Positions 11,350-24,424 are shown, numbered from the stretch's first letter. The stretch: 64,000 nt of DNA from Octopus vulgaris (GCA_951406725.2 OX597838.1:15314001-15378000); one strand, 5' to 3'. Program-made: numbers and translations. The notes: generated from the sequence alone by a model not told the origin.

Positions 11350-11745
11350 GATGATGATGATGATGGCGATGATGATGATGATGATGTCAGTGACACTGAT
11401 AATGATAATGATGATGGTGATGATTATGATGACAACAATGACAATGATGATGATGATGACAATGATGATGATGATGATGATGATGATGATAATGGTGATG
11501 ATGATGATGATGATGACAGTAATGAAGATGACGACAATGATGATGATGTTGATAATGATGATGATTATGGCAGTGATGATAATGGTGATGATGATGATGA
11601 TGATGATGACTATAAAGACAATGATGATGATGATGATGATGATGATGACAATGATGATCACAATGATGATGATGATGACAACAATGATATTGATGGTGTT
11701 GACGACGACGACGATGGTGATGATGATGATCGCGATTATGATGAT
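11350..11745. repeat. Degenerate (ATG)n microsatellite
   Basis: Directly visible. It explains the poly-M/H/I ORFs. Confidence 0.95.
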
Positions 11746-11991
11746 CGCACGCACACACACACACACACACAGAATGCTGTATGGTGTAGGATACGATAGT
11801 GTTATGTAATGTAGTTAGACTGCACTATTAAAGAGCACTATAGCATCATGTGATATAATATTGTGTAGAGCTTTGTAGGGGAGTCTTGTAGTGAAATATA
11901 GAACGGTGTATTACAGATTAGACACAGTGTAATGTATTGTTTTGCAATGTATTGTAATCTAATGTAAGGTTGTGCAATCTAGTGTAGAGTC

Positions 11992-12292
11992 GTGCTGCTG
12001 ACAGTGTTGCTGGTGTTGATGCTGCTGACGCTGATGATGCTGACTGCTGCTGTTGCTGCTGCTGTTCCTATTGTTGTTAACATTGTTGCTACTATTGTTG
12101 TTGCTGTTGTTATTGTCATAGTTGTAGGTCAACTGTTGTCATTGTTGGTTGCTGCTGATGCAGCCGTTGTTGCGGCTGCTGCTGAAGCTGAAACTGATGG
12201 TGTTGTTGTTGTTACTGCTGCTGCATCTGTTGCTGTCATTACTGTTGCTACTGCTGCTACCGTTGCTGCTGCTGCTGCTGCTATTGTTGCTG
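11992..12292. repeat. Degenerate (GCT/GTT)n low-complexity tract
   Basis: Directly visible. Confidence 0.9.
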
Positions 12293-12359
12293 TGTAAATG
12301 AAGTCCCCACATCATCAGTGATTCCCTACTGGTTTTTGCCAGTAGACCCTTTCGGTTCC

Positions 12360-12582
12360 TATTTCTTTACTACCCACAAGGGGCTAAACACAGAGGGGAC
12401 AAACAAGGACAGACAAACGGATTAAGTCGATTATATCGACCCCAGTGCGTAACTGGTACTTATTTAATCGACCCCCGAAAGGATGAAAGGCAAACTCGAC
12501 CTTGGCGGAATTTGAACTCAGAATGTAGCGGCAGACGAAATACCGCTAAGCATTTCGCCCACGTGCTAACGATTCTGCCAGC
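12360..12582 (-). mobile_element. SINE family D (young subtype)
   Basis: Minus strand CTGGCAGAATCGTTAGCAC...GAGTTCAAATTCCGCC...CCCCTTGTGGGTAGTAAAGAAAT. Near-identical copies at 33778-34004, 37003-37236 and 47557-47765. Confidence 0.85.
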
Positions 12583-12589
12583 AATGTAA

Positions 12590-12858
12590 TCATCATCATC
12601 ATCATCATCATTTAGCATCCACTTTCCATGCTAGCATGGGTTGGACGGTTCAACTGGGGTCTAGGAAGCCAGAAGGCTGCACCAGGCCCAGTCTGATCTG
12701 GCAGTGTTTCTACGGCTGGATGCCCTTCCTAACGCCAACCACTCCGTGAGTGTAGTGGGTGCTTTTTACGTGCCACTTGCACAGGTGCCAGATGGGGCTG
12801 GCAATGGCCACAATCGGATGGTGCTCGTGGCCGTTGCCAGCCTTGCCTGGCCCCCGTG
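12590..12858 (-). mobile_element. SINE-like family C with (GAT)n tail
   Basis: Body GGTTGGCGTTAGGAAGGGCATCCAGCCGTAGAAAC, ending CCATGCTAGCATGGAAAG...(GAT)n. Confidence 0.85.
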
Positions 12859-13045
12859 TAATGCATGTGAATAAGGACAGTTGCATCAAGTGGTGTGGAT
12901 CTCTAATTGCAGAGGGAACATGTGGAAGGGGTAGGCTAAGGAAGACGTGGAACAAAGTGGTGAGAAAGGATCACAGAGGGGATGACAGGGGATGGAGACT
13001 CCTGGCTGTTTGCTGTGCTTGAAAAGACACATCAAGCTACTTAAA
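12858..13045 (+). mobile_element. RTE-clade LINE 3' fragment
   Basis: VMHVNKDSCIKWCGSLIAEGTCGRGRLRKTWNKVVRKD contains the RTE GxRGRPxKTW motif. Confidence 0.75.
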
Positions 13046-13352
13046 AGCATGGTTGCTCTTGCATACAGGCTCATCCCAGGCAACCCTCTCCAGCTGAGGA
13101 TCCCTAATCTTGCAGGCTCATATGTGCTAGTACCATGTAAAAGGCACCCATACTGGTGCATGTAAAAACACCCAGTACACTCTGTAAAGGGGTTGGCATT
13201 AGGAAGGGAATCAGGCCATAGAAACCATACCAAAACAGACATGGAACCTGAAAAGCATATGGTGGAGTGGTTAAGAGTGTAGGCTATTAACCCCAAGATT
13301 CCAAGTTCGATTCCAGGCAGTGACCTGAATAATAATAATAATGATAATGATG

Positions 13353-13400
<48 letters not shown>

Positions 13401-13406
13401 TAATAA

Positions 13407-13838
13407 GACATGAGTATTCCCTGTGATCACAATATAGTGGCGAAAGAATTTGACAAGATCAGTAAATATAAAGACCTGCTTATAGAAATTGAAAAAATGT
13501 GGCATCTCAAGACGACTATAGTACCAGTGATTGTAAGATCTCTAGGAATGATAAAAAAAGGCACTGAAACCTATTTGAAAATGATTCCAGGCTTACCATC
13601 CCTACAGGAAGTGCAAAAAATCGTATTAACTGGAACGGCTCATGTACTGAGAAGAGCACTATCGCTGTGAAAATAACATCCATCCATGAATTTATTTATT
13701 TATTAATTTTTAAATACATATTTTATCTGTGAATTTGCGCGTGTAATCTAGGAATGCATACAATACCCTACTCTGCCCTACGTGTATGGAAAAAACTCGG
13801 CGAGAAACGGAAGAAAATTTGAAGAAAGAAGGAAAAAA
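13407..13838 (+). mobile_element. 5'-truncated R4/Dong-clade non-LTR retrotransposon inserted in (TAA)n
   Basis: DMSIPCDHNIVAKEFDKISKYKDLLIEIEKMW...PVIVRSLG...VQKIVLTGTAHVLRR is a restriction-like endonuclease C-terminus. (AAT)n tracts lie on both sides. Confidence 0.85.
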
Positions 13839-14486
13839 CATAATAATGATAATAATAATAATAATAATAATAATATCACACCAACACAGGCTGTCAAGCA
13901 GTAGTAGGGAACAAACACAGACACACACATATATGATGGGCTTCTTTCAGTTTCCATCTACCAAATTCACAAAGCTTTGGTTGGCTTGAGGCTATAGTAG
14001 AAGACACTTGCCTAAAGCTTCTTACCACACATCCATGCCACACATGCCTTTTTGTGTCAATTTATCAGATAAGATATATTAAGGAGTTGAAGGATGATAA
14101 ACTGACAAAAGCATTTGATAGCTTAACAGTATTAAAGCTATTACTTGCATAGACACTGGCACCTGTTTACAGCTAAGTGGACTGCACCATTTGAGAGTTA
14201 GATAACTTGATTGAGGAGATACCTGAATGATTTCTGGCCTGAGTGGTTGTCTAGCAACACTAATAACTTTGCTCCCTAACTATGTTTGCCAGGGTATTTA
14301 TTCAAAACTGCACCTCATGATCAGGATGTCATTGCTGATTGCCCTGCATAGATAACATGGAGATACAAAAATCTTTAGCTGGTGTCCCAATGAATGACTT
14401 ATGACACTTATCATTGCTCTCCTAGTTACCACAGCCTGAGTAATTTTTATAAATAACATTTATTCAGTATTAACAAAAATAATACT

Positions 14487-14489
<3 letters not shown>

Positions 14490-14528
<39 letters not shown>

Positions 14529-14990
14529 TGTGTACAGTGCTCAGGTGCACTACAACTCATCTAAAGTGTATATATAATCAGGTGTAGTTTCGGCAGATTT
14601 CGGAAAGCATGAGGGCCTTAAAAGATGCAGTGTCATGGCAGTCAACAACTGACGCAGGCAGTTTATTCCATGCTTCAGCAACTCTGAGCGTGAAAAAATG
14701 TTTCCGAAAGTCATGGGAGCTGTATTGTTTTCTGACTTTGTAGGCATGTCCACGTGTGTTAGACACATGGAGATCAAAAAGGTGTTCAGTGTTGTTGTTG
14801 GTGAGGTGGTTGATAACTTTGTGGGTGTTTACCAAGTCCGTCGCCAAACGCCGGAGCTTCAGTGAATCCATGCCCAGGGAAACAAGGCGCTCAGAATATG
14901 GTAGGTGTCTGATGGAGGGTATGCGTTTGGTTGCACGTCTCTGGACAGATTCCAGGAGGTCAATGTTCTGTGCAAGATAGGGGTTCCAGA
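14490..14990 (-). mobile_element. CR1-clade LINE 3' fragment with (ATT)n tail
   Basis: WNPYL..IDLLESVQRRATKRIP...YSERL...RRLATDL...TRGH...FFTLRVAEAWNKLP. Confidence 0.9.
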
Positions 14991-15040
14991 GTAGAAGCTT
15001 TTGCAAAGTAGCACATTCTATCACAACAGCCACGATACAG

Positions 15041-15240
15041 CACGGAATTTTGTCAGTGAACAGGTTGCGATCTCAAAGTGACGAAAATATTTTGGCAAAT
15101 TAAATTTAAATGCTGAAGTGAATCTAACGGTTTTTGTGTGTTTCTTAAATGGCTTATAAACACCTTCCACGCTGCAATTGTTTTCATTCCAGCACACGAT
15201 CTCAGATCAGGTCACTTGCTATGCAAGTACATCTCTGTAA
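15041..15240 (-). mobile_element. One-ended Tc1/mariner-like fragment between 13-bp direct repeats
   Basis: Minus strand begins TA|CAGAGATGTACTTGC. AGCCACGATACAG occurs at 15028-15040 and 15241-15253. Confidence 0.5.
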
Positions 15241-15350
15241 AGCCACGATACAGTACTTATAATAATCAGTATTTCATCATGTAACAAAAAAGCAAATCTG
15301 TCTGTCGGTCTGTCTATGTATCTATCTATACACACACACACATATTTAAT

Positions 15351-15482
15351 ATTCTTATACAAGAATGTTGTTGACATTGACTTCGAAGTCATGGCCTGCT
15401 AAGACATCATCAGACAGCCCGGACAATGTCTTAGCTGGCTGAAACTAGTAATTCAATGTCAGCAACATTCTTGTTTAAGAAT
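15351..15482. repeat. Fold-back palindrome with hammerhead-like remnants
   Basis: Outer arms ATTCTTATACAAGAATGTTGTTGACATTGA and TCAATGTCAGCAACATTCTTGTTTAAGAAT. Inner GCTAAGACAT/ATGTCTTAGC. Confidence 0.75.
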
Positions 15483-15725
15483 GATAAAATAACCGTCTAA
15501 GGAATAGAAGTATCCATTGCACTACCAGCATATTACTTATGTTTAACCACAGACATACATATGCAAACATATTATGTTCATAAGTTATAAGTAAAGACAA
15601 AGATAAACACGGGTTTATCAAGAATCAAAATTGACTGCAGTCTACTTGCATTGAATTAATAAATAATAATTGGTGTAAGTTGTTCACCAGTACTTGTCCA
15701 TTTTCTGTTTTCTTTATATATATAT

Positions 15726-16135
15726 ATCATCATCATCGTTGAGCGTCCGCTTTCCATGCTGGCATGGGTTGGATGGTTCAACTGGGGTCTGGGAAGCCAG
15801 AAGGCTGCACCAGGCCCAGTCTGATCTGACAATGTTTCTACGGCTGGATGCCCTTCCTAACGCCAACCACTCCATGAGTGTAGTGGGTGCTTTTTACGTG
15901 CTAGTGGCACAGGTGCCAGACGAGGCTGGCAAACGGCCACGATCGGATGGTGCTTTTTACGTGCCACCGGCATGAAGGCCAGGCCAGGCTGGCAATGGCC
16001 ACGATCGGATGGTGCTTTTTACATGCCACTGGCACAGAAGCCAGTCGGGGCAGCGCTGGCAACGGCCACGTTTGGATGATTCTCTTATGTGCCACCGGCA
16101 TTGGTATCACAGCTACAATTTCCATTGATGTTGAT
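15726..16135 (-). mobile_element. SINE-like family C with three to four internal tandem units
   Basis: Same body as 12590-12858, with repeated GGTGCTTTTTACGTGCCACCGGCA units. Confidence 0.85.
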
Positions 16136-16682
16136 TGATTTTGATTTTGATTATATATTTTGATTATATATATATATATATATATAGTCAGGTCACCATA
16201 TGTAATGTATGAATATTAGGTCCTCATGTCTGAGGTAGCAATCATATTGTACAGATGAGTAGTTACTTGATGTAGAAATAGCGCTTCTGGTTCTGTGTCG
16301 GGTTGCGATATGTTGATAGTCAAAAGTATGGTGAAACAGTGTCATAACAACATCAAAGAGAAAAGAATGATATTCACAGATTTATTTACCCGCAGTGGTT
16401 AGTAAGATATTCGTAGTAGTAATGGACAATGGTAATGATTTGTTGGTTGCTCACTGTAGTGTGTGTGTGTGTGTGTGTGTGGAAGCCAATTCTACTATTC
16501 TGTAGACAGAGAGGAAGGGTTAAGGATTATGTTGTCCCTTGATATTCAGCTGATTCTTGCTAGTTGTAGGTCTGCTAACCAAAGAGATCAATGGAGTGAC
16601 AGATGCCCTCAGTTATGTAAGGTATAGCCAGGACAGGAAATAGGTCAAATCTAAAACAATGGAATGATCCTTACCTACCAAG

Positions 16683-16715
<33 letters not shown>

Positions 16716-16880
16716 GTATATATATGTATGTATATATATATACATATGTATATATATGTATGTATATATATATATATACATAATATACATATATATAATA
16801 CATACATACATATATATACATACAAACATATATATATATATACATACATATATATCATCGATGATGATATATATATACAT

Positions 16881-16913
<33 letters not shown>

Positions 16914-17006
16914 CTTACATACATATATATATATACACATATATATACATGCATACATACATACATACATACATACATAAATACATACACATATAAGCTA
17001 TATATA

Positions 17007-17257
17007 TGTAAGGTATGGACACATAAGAGGTGCAGCACCATCAAAGGAAAATTAACCGACAAGATAGCTTTCGTGTGCGGCAGATGCACAGAGGCAATAG
17101 ACACCATTGATACTTAGAAAACAGATTCCATCACACTCCTGGGGGAGAAACTAGAAATAGTTGATAGTTTCCGCTACCTAGGTGACCAAGTTAGTAGTGG
17201 GGGTGGATGCTCACAGTGTGTTACCACTAGAATAAGAATAGCCTGGGTAAAGATTCC
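17007..17257 (+). mobile_element. RTE-clade LINE fragment (Cys/His finger inserted in the RT region)
   Basis: [27 protein letters not shown]...GEKLEIVDSFRYLGDQVSSGGGCSQCVTTRIRIAW, with one internal stop. Confidence 0.85.
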
Positions 17258-17305
17258 TTGACCGCGAGTGAGCTGCTCTAACGACAAGTCCATGTGCCTC
17301 CACAC

Positions 17306-17372
<67 letters not shown>

Positions 17373-17374
<2 letters not shown>

Positions 17375-17680
17375 GAGGCGCAATGGCCTAGTGGTTAGGG
17401 CAGCGGACTCGCGGTCGTAGTATTGCGGTTTCGATTCCCAGACCGGGCGTTGTGAGTGTTTAGAGAGCGAAAACACCTAAAAGCTAGACGAGGCTCCGGC
17501 AGGGGGTGGTGGCGATCCCTACTGTACTCTTTCGCCGCAACTTTCTCTCACTCGTTCTTCTGTTGGCCTGCTCGCTTAGCCAGCGGGGTGGCGTCATCTG
17601 AAGGTTAAAACAATGCGAAGCGCATTGTGACCAGCGATATATAGCAACATCTGATAGCCTGGTCGGTGACGTGATCACAT
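17373..17680 (+). mobile_element. SINE family B, alternative tail
   Basis: B head followed by TGTTGGCCTGCTCGCTTAGCCAG...AAGCGCATTGTGACC. Twin copy at 63192-63490. Confidence 0.85.
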
Positions 17681-17756
17681 GATATATATATATATATATA
17701 TATAAGTCACATAGCACACCCAATGTGGTATCTCTGTATCTTTCCAATATATAATG

Positions 17757-17945
17757 CAGGTGGCACATAAAAAACACCCACTACACTCGCGGAGTGGTTG
17801 GCGTTAGGAAGGGCATCCAGCCGTAGAAACATTGCCAGATAAGACTGGGCCTGACGAAGCCTTCCAGCTTCACAGACCCCAGTTGACCCGTCCAACCCAT
17901 GCTAGCATGGAAAGCAGACGCTAAACGATGATGATGATGATGATG
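17757..17945 (+). mobile_element. SINE-like family C
   Basis: Family C body and (GAT)n tail. Confidence 0.85.
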
Positions 17946-18321
17946 AATGCATCACCAGAGTGTTCAATAGTACTATGTAAATATCATACAGTTATATATT
18001 CAAATATACTGGGGAATAACAGTCTATGTCCATCACCATCCTCATTATCATCATCAGCAACAGCTTCGTTTTTAAAGCTTCCTTTTAAATGCTTGCACCA
18101 CCACAGTATCACAGCACTTGTCCCATGCTTTTGTCTTCTTTGCGAAGCCCAGTATCCTGAGATCCATATGTTCCACTTTCGTTCATGTTTTCCTTAGTCT
18201 TCTGTGCTTCCTTCCACATTGACCTCCTTGTGGCTCAACTCTTTACCTATCTGTCATCATCTATATGCATTACATGTTCGCCAGCAGTGTCTTTTTCTCT
18301 TGAACATTGAACACCTTTTCA

Positions 18322-18688
18322 CTTACAAACAATAACTCTGAGCACCTTTTCAAACTCCACCTCTCTAACACCTGTGGACATATTTACAAAGTCAGAAAAC
18401 AGCACAGCTCCCATGACTTTAGGAAACATTTTTTCACGCTAAGAGTTGCTGAAGCATGGGACAAACTACCTGCATCAGTTGTTAGTTGTCGGAGCACTGC
18501 ATCCTTCAAAACTTCTATGCTTTCTGAAATTCGCCAACACGACACCTGAGTTTCTCCCCTCCATACACACACAAGCATGTATCTGACTCATGCATTGTTC
18601 ACTTTCCAGACATTTGTACATTACTGCATGTACTTTATACGCACTTTCTGACAAGTTGTGGTGCACCTGAGCACTGTATACAATAATT

Positions 18689-18720
<32 letters not shown>
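18322..18720 (+). mobile_element. CR1-clade LINE 3' fragment
   Basis: TNNNSEHLFKLHLSNTCGHIYKVRKQHSSHDFRKHFFTLRVAEAWDKLP is paralogous to 14490-14990. (ATT)n tail. Confidence 0.9.
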
Positions 18721-18722
<2 letters not shown>

Positions 18723-19119
18723 CTATTAAAATTACTTCAGGATTTATCCTAAAATATTATGTGCTTGCCATGATAATTGGTGGAATAAAGGGTTATTAGA
18801 AGTGCAAAACCATTATTTAGAGTAGCTTAGGCTTTTATGAATCTCAAAGACAAAGATAAAACAACTCATCATTTAGCTATAAAGCAAAGAAAGGAAATTC
18901 TAAGTGACTGAAAAATACACAATCTAATTGTTTAATCATGGAATCTGCCAGAGGAATAACTGTAAAGGATAACTCCCTGCCCCTTGTGTAACACCATTTA
19001 AGTTTTGGCTGATTGAAATTTCTGGAGTTCTTTCCCTTGCCACTACTGAGAAGAAAATTTTCAATAATGCTAATGACTTTTCTACTCATTAGGGTTATAA
19101 TTTCAAGTAATTATTGATT

Positions 19120-20530
19120 TTAAATTTTAGCATAAGGCCAGTAACTTTGGGGAAGTGGAAAGTTGATTACATTGACCCCCACTACTCAACTGGTACTTAT
19201 TTTATCAACCGCAAAAGGATGTAAGGTAAAGTTAACCATCTGCGGAATTTGAACTCAGAAAGTGAGGGCAGACAAAATGCCACTAAGCATTTTGGGGTGG
19301 TGTGCTAACGATTCTGCCAGCTTGCCACCTTGTTTCAAATAATTATTTAAATCATTTTCACCACACCAGCTCAAGTATGATAGCCTGTACTTAAAATATT
19401 CTGCAGAGAGAAGGTACATTTTTGAAATTATTGTATGTCAATATATCGTATCTTTTATCTTTTACTCGTTTCAGTCATTGGACTGTGGCCATGCTGGGGC
19501 ATCACCTTGAGGACATTTGGTCAAGCAGCATTGGGGGACAAACACAAAAACATACACACACATGACACGTTTTTTTCAGTTTCCATGTACCAAATCCACT
19601 AGCAAGGCCTTGGTCGGCCTGAGGCTATAGTAAAAAACACTTGTCCAAAGTGCCACACAATGGGACTTGAACCTGGAGCTATGTGGTTGGTAAGCAAACT
19701 TCAAACCACACAGCCATGTATTTCGATGTTTTTGTGTGTTTGAGAATGTAATGTGTCTGCATGCATCCGTGTGTGTGGTGCATGTAGCCTGATACATATA
19801 AAGATATGTATAGCTCTGTGTGTGAGTGTGTGTGTGTATTCATGCAAATATGTGTGAATAAGAATGTGCGAGTGTGTGTGAATGTGTATGCGTGTGCCCT
19901 CGGGGACACATCTCTTGACACCAAGTGATGGTTACCCTTCCTAATGGCAACCACTTTATAGTGTTTGTTCTGAGTGTGTTTTTGTACCACTTGCAAGCAA
20001 GTTAGAGAAGGGAAGGAAAAAGCAACAGCAAACTGAGTGAAAAGATGCACACACACACACACACACACATTTACAAATACAGGTTCATGTAAGTGTGAAT
20101 GGCAATACAGTGAGAAAAGAACTGAATACTGTTAAGCAGAGAGGGATATTATAGGTTCCAAATTTAGGCACAAGGTCAGCATTTTCGGGAGAGGGGTAAG
20201 TCAATTACAATGACCCCAGTGTTCAACTGGTACTTACTTTATCGACCTAGGAAGGATGAAAGGCAGGGTCAATGTTGGCGAAATTTGAACTCAGAATACA
20301 AAGATGGATGAAATGCTGCCTTAGAGAGGAATAATATTTATACATTCAAAATGCTTAGTGAAGACATTTCGTCTGTCTTTATGTTCTGAGTTGAAATGCT
20401 GCTGGGATCAACTTTGCCTGTCATCCTTTTGGGGTTGATAAAATTAGTACCAGTTTAGCACTGGAGACGATGTCATTGACTTACTCTCTTTCCTGAAGTT
20501 GCTGGCCTCGTGCCAAAATTTGAAACCAAT
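19120..20530. mobile_element. Cluster of older SINEs: family D 19120-19330(-), 20155-20320(-), 20345-20530(+); family A 19451-19717(-)
   Basis: Diverged matches to the family bodies. Confidence 0.7.
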
Positions 20531-20905
20531 ATAAATGTAAATCAATGTCATTTGTGATAGCACAGCTTACCTTTGATTTAATAAAATAATAGTTAGAGAA
20601 ATCATCAACAATTAAATAAAGTTTTTATTGCTTTAATAAAACAATTTAATAAAACGCTATATATATATATATAAAACTTGCTCTCATATTTAATTCTCTT
20701 TGGATTCAATCCTTCAAAGTAGTTTCCATAAGGTAATCATTCCTTATGTACAAGTTTTATATAAAATATTTGGAATGTATTTTTTATCTTGTTGCATTTA
20801 GCCCGTCTTACAATCTTTTCACGGCACGGGTATACTAGTATGTGTGTGTGTGTGTGTGTGAATACATATGTATACATGTGTTTGTATACCTATCTATCTT
20901 TATAC

Positions 20906-20972
<67 letters not shown>

Positions 20973-21796
20973 ATCTTTTCTTTTTGAAAGCCAGATTTTT
21001 CAGATTTTTCTAGTTAACTAAATAATTTGAAACTTCGTATACTGGTAGAATGTGTCAAAAGAAATATACATATATATATATTACAATATTTTCACGGCAC
21101 GGGTATACTAGTATATATGTGTGTGTGTGAGTGAATACATATGTATGTATGTGTTTGTATACCTATATATCTTTATACATTATATATATATATATATATA
21201 TTTGTGTTAGTATGTCTGTTTGCGTCCGATTTCCTGGTAATGCGACTCAACCTTTCTAGCGTTTCTGTGGAGATTGGATTAAGAAAAATACAACTCACTT
21301 AGGTGAGCAGTTGTGTGATGATAAGCAGACAGGTACACACACACACACACACACACACACGTACACGCGCACACCACACACACGCACAGATCTCATCCAT
21401 CTATTTATACACGTAGAGTATCTGATACATTCAAAGAGGAAGAAAGTCGGAGAAAAATGAGCACACATCGTGTCAAGGCAACGGGCGTGTAGATAGGTGT
21501 GTGGTGTGTGTGTGTGTCTGTGTGTGTGCGCGCGTATGTATTTATAATACATTTATGCGTGTGTGTGTGTGTGTGTACGAGACGGGAGGGCATGGATTAT
21601 GGGGGGATGTTTATAGAAGATATAAAGGCGGGGGGAAAAAATATGCACCTACCCTGCACTTGCGCTAAAACACATCCACATGGATATGTAGATTATACAT
21701 TTTTTTTTTCTTACTTCAAATGTTTATTTATCTGTGTATCCATCTATCCACTTACCTACCTACCTACTTATTTATCTATCTACGCATGTTCGTACG

Positions 21797-22132
<336 letters not shown>

Positions 22133-22311
22133 ACACACCTACACAGATACACACAGGCATATTCCTACAAACATAGACCTTCGAGAATACGCATATGCCT
22201 ACAAGTTATAAATCCACCTACACGTACAGACATAACTATGCATATCCAAACTACACAATCACAAGCATATATAGGCACTTGTGTGTACGGTATATAGTTA
22301 CAGATATACAT

Positions 22312-22349
<38 letters not shown>

Positions 22350-23713
22350 CTCACACACATACATGTGTATGCGTCTACTGAGAGAATGAAAGAGAGAGAG
22401 AGAGAGAAAGGGAAAGAGAGATAAACGTAGATTGTTCGTGCGAGCTCGAACTGTTGCACACAAACACATTTTTCATAGTCTAATTCACAATTTTATACAC
22501 ACACAGACACATATACGAATTTGTTATTCACTGAGTCACAATGACATCCAGTTACGACTGAACACACTCATACATAGCTACAATATTAACTGAAATGTAC
22601 ACAAACATATAGGTTCTACTATATATAATACATTCACACAACACATAAGAGGTGTATACTCTTATATACACTCACAGAGAAACACTCGTATCCATAAGTA
22701 TATGAATACGTTCACTTATGTTACAGTAATGGTTAGACCTTGATTTGCACACCTAAATACATACACATAGTTTATGGAAATTCACACAAGCTCACACACA
22801 TTGACATTTACTCATTCATTCACATATATATATACAGTCATTATTCCTTCTCACTGTTGCTATTAATGTTGTTTAGCCCCAGGGTCAGTCGTGATTAAAG
22901 CATTCCAGCCGTGTTCATTCTGTACTATTCGGGGTTCCTAGCGCTAGGTTAACCAACGTGTCCTTTTTTTTTTTTTTTTTGAAGACGGTAGGTTTAATTT
23001 CAAGAAAATTTGGCTACTATTTCTAGCAGACTGAGCGACTGCGTAACTGTTATCTTGCTGAGTCGTAACGCACACATACAGACACACACACACGTTAAGC
23101 TCCAAGTAAGCCCTGATCAAAGACCAGCCTGTCCTTTTTTATTTTATGGAGGTGTGCTTTCTCTAATTATTATCATTTGAGGTAGATTGATTACTGTTTC
23201 AAGCTACTGGAGTGACCACATCTTGAATGTCTGTGTATGCAGATTCATACACACACTAATTCATTGACTCACAAAAACACACGATCTTAAATCAAACCAA
23301 CACTTTTCCATATTAACGTTTACAGTCACAATTTGTGAGAACGTAGTAGCCAGCTTGTTATCTTCATATACTTTCTCTTTTATAGCTTCTCATCTACTGT
23401 CACACCATCTATGGCGCAATTTTTGTTTACTACAACACAACAAGAGTTTGATTCGCATTCGCACACACACACACTCACAAAATCATATAGTTTTAAATCA
23501 CATACATACATATACATAAACATAGATACAGTTTGAAGCAGCCGCACGATCAAGTTCGGTAGATTTAAGATATTCGCACACATCTATTTGTCTGGTTATA
23601 CACTACTAATGCAGCTACAAGTAAGCCCATACATATATCTACAGCTACAAGTAGATGCAGAAATGTACACACGCTCACAGAAATACATATACACACAGGA
23701 AGAGAGATAGATG

Positions 23714-23744
<31 letters not shown>

Positions 23745-23994
23745 ATATAGAAAGAAAGAGATGGCGAAAAGCTCAAGAAATATAAATACAAATAAACGAT
23801 TATAAAACACAAGAAAAGCATGAGGGGAAATTGATGTAAAAGAAAAAGGTAAAGACAAACAAATAAATATACAGAGAGAGAGACAAACAAACAAATATAC
23901 AGAGAGAGAGAAATGAAAGAGAGGGAGTTAACACATATAACTAGACGATAGAGACAGACTAATTAAGAGGGAGGGTGACAAATACATCGATATA

Positions 23995-24205
23995 ACGAGG
24001 GAGCCTCTATGTGATTACTCGATCTTCTAGAAATAATAGCCAAATCTCCCTTATATATATATATATATATATACTCTGTCGTCTTATAAAGAAAAGGATA
24101 CGTTGAAAAATACAATTTCCTGACACAAAAGGACGGAATGGTTTTGCTGGAACGCTTCTGATCATAGATTTACTCAATCAGAGTAGACCTGGGGCTAAGC
24201 AACTA
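23995..24205 (+). mobile_element. Family E interspersed repeat (~190 bp, SINE-like, AAC tail)
   Basis: GAGGGAGCCTCTATGTG...CTAGAAATA...GACCTGGGGCTAAGCAAC. More than 12 diverged copies in both orientations, e.g. 10420, 22870, 25920, 26490, 30870, 32350, 41600, 49620, 53590, 59985. Confidence 0.7.
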
Positions 24206-24424
24206 AACGAATGCGCGTACGCACGCACACACAGACACACGCACACAACACACAAACACATACGTATGAGTGAGAGATGGCGAAATAAACATACGCATAG
24301 CAGACACACAGAGAAAAAGATATCGAGAGGGAGAAAAACCATGGTCACAGTCACACACGCTATATAAACAAACACGATCAAGACACACATACATACATAC
24401 ATTCACGTGAAAGAGAGAGAGTAG

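Noticed and set aside
11344-12297. Poly-Met, poly-His, poly-Ile and poly-Ala/Val ORFs
   Set aside because: Trinucleotide repeats with no splice or domain evidence.
17373-17450. tRNA genes (also 13255-13330, 30416-30490, 63192-63265)
   Set aside because: A/B boxes are present, but no complete cloverleaf is evident and they run into SINE bodies or repeat linkers.
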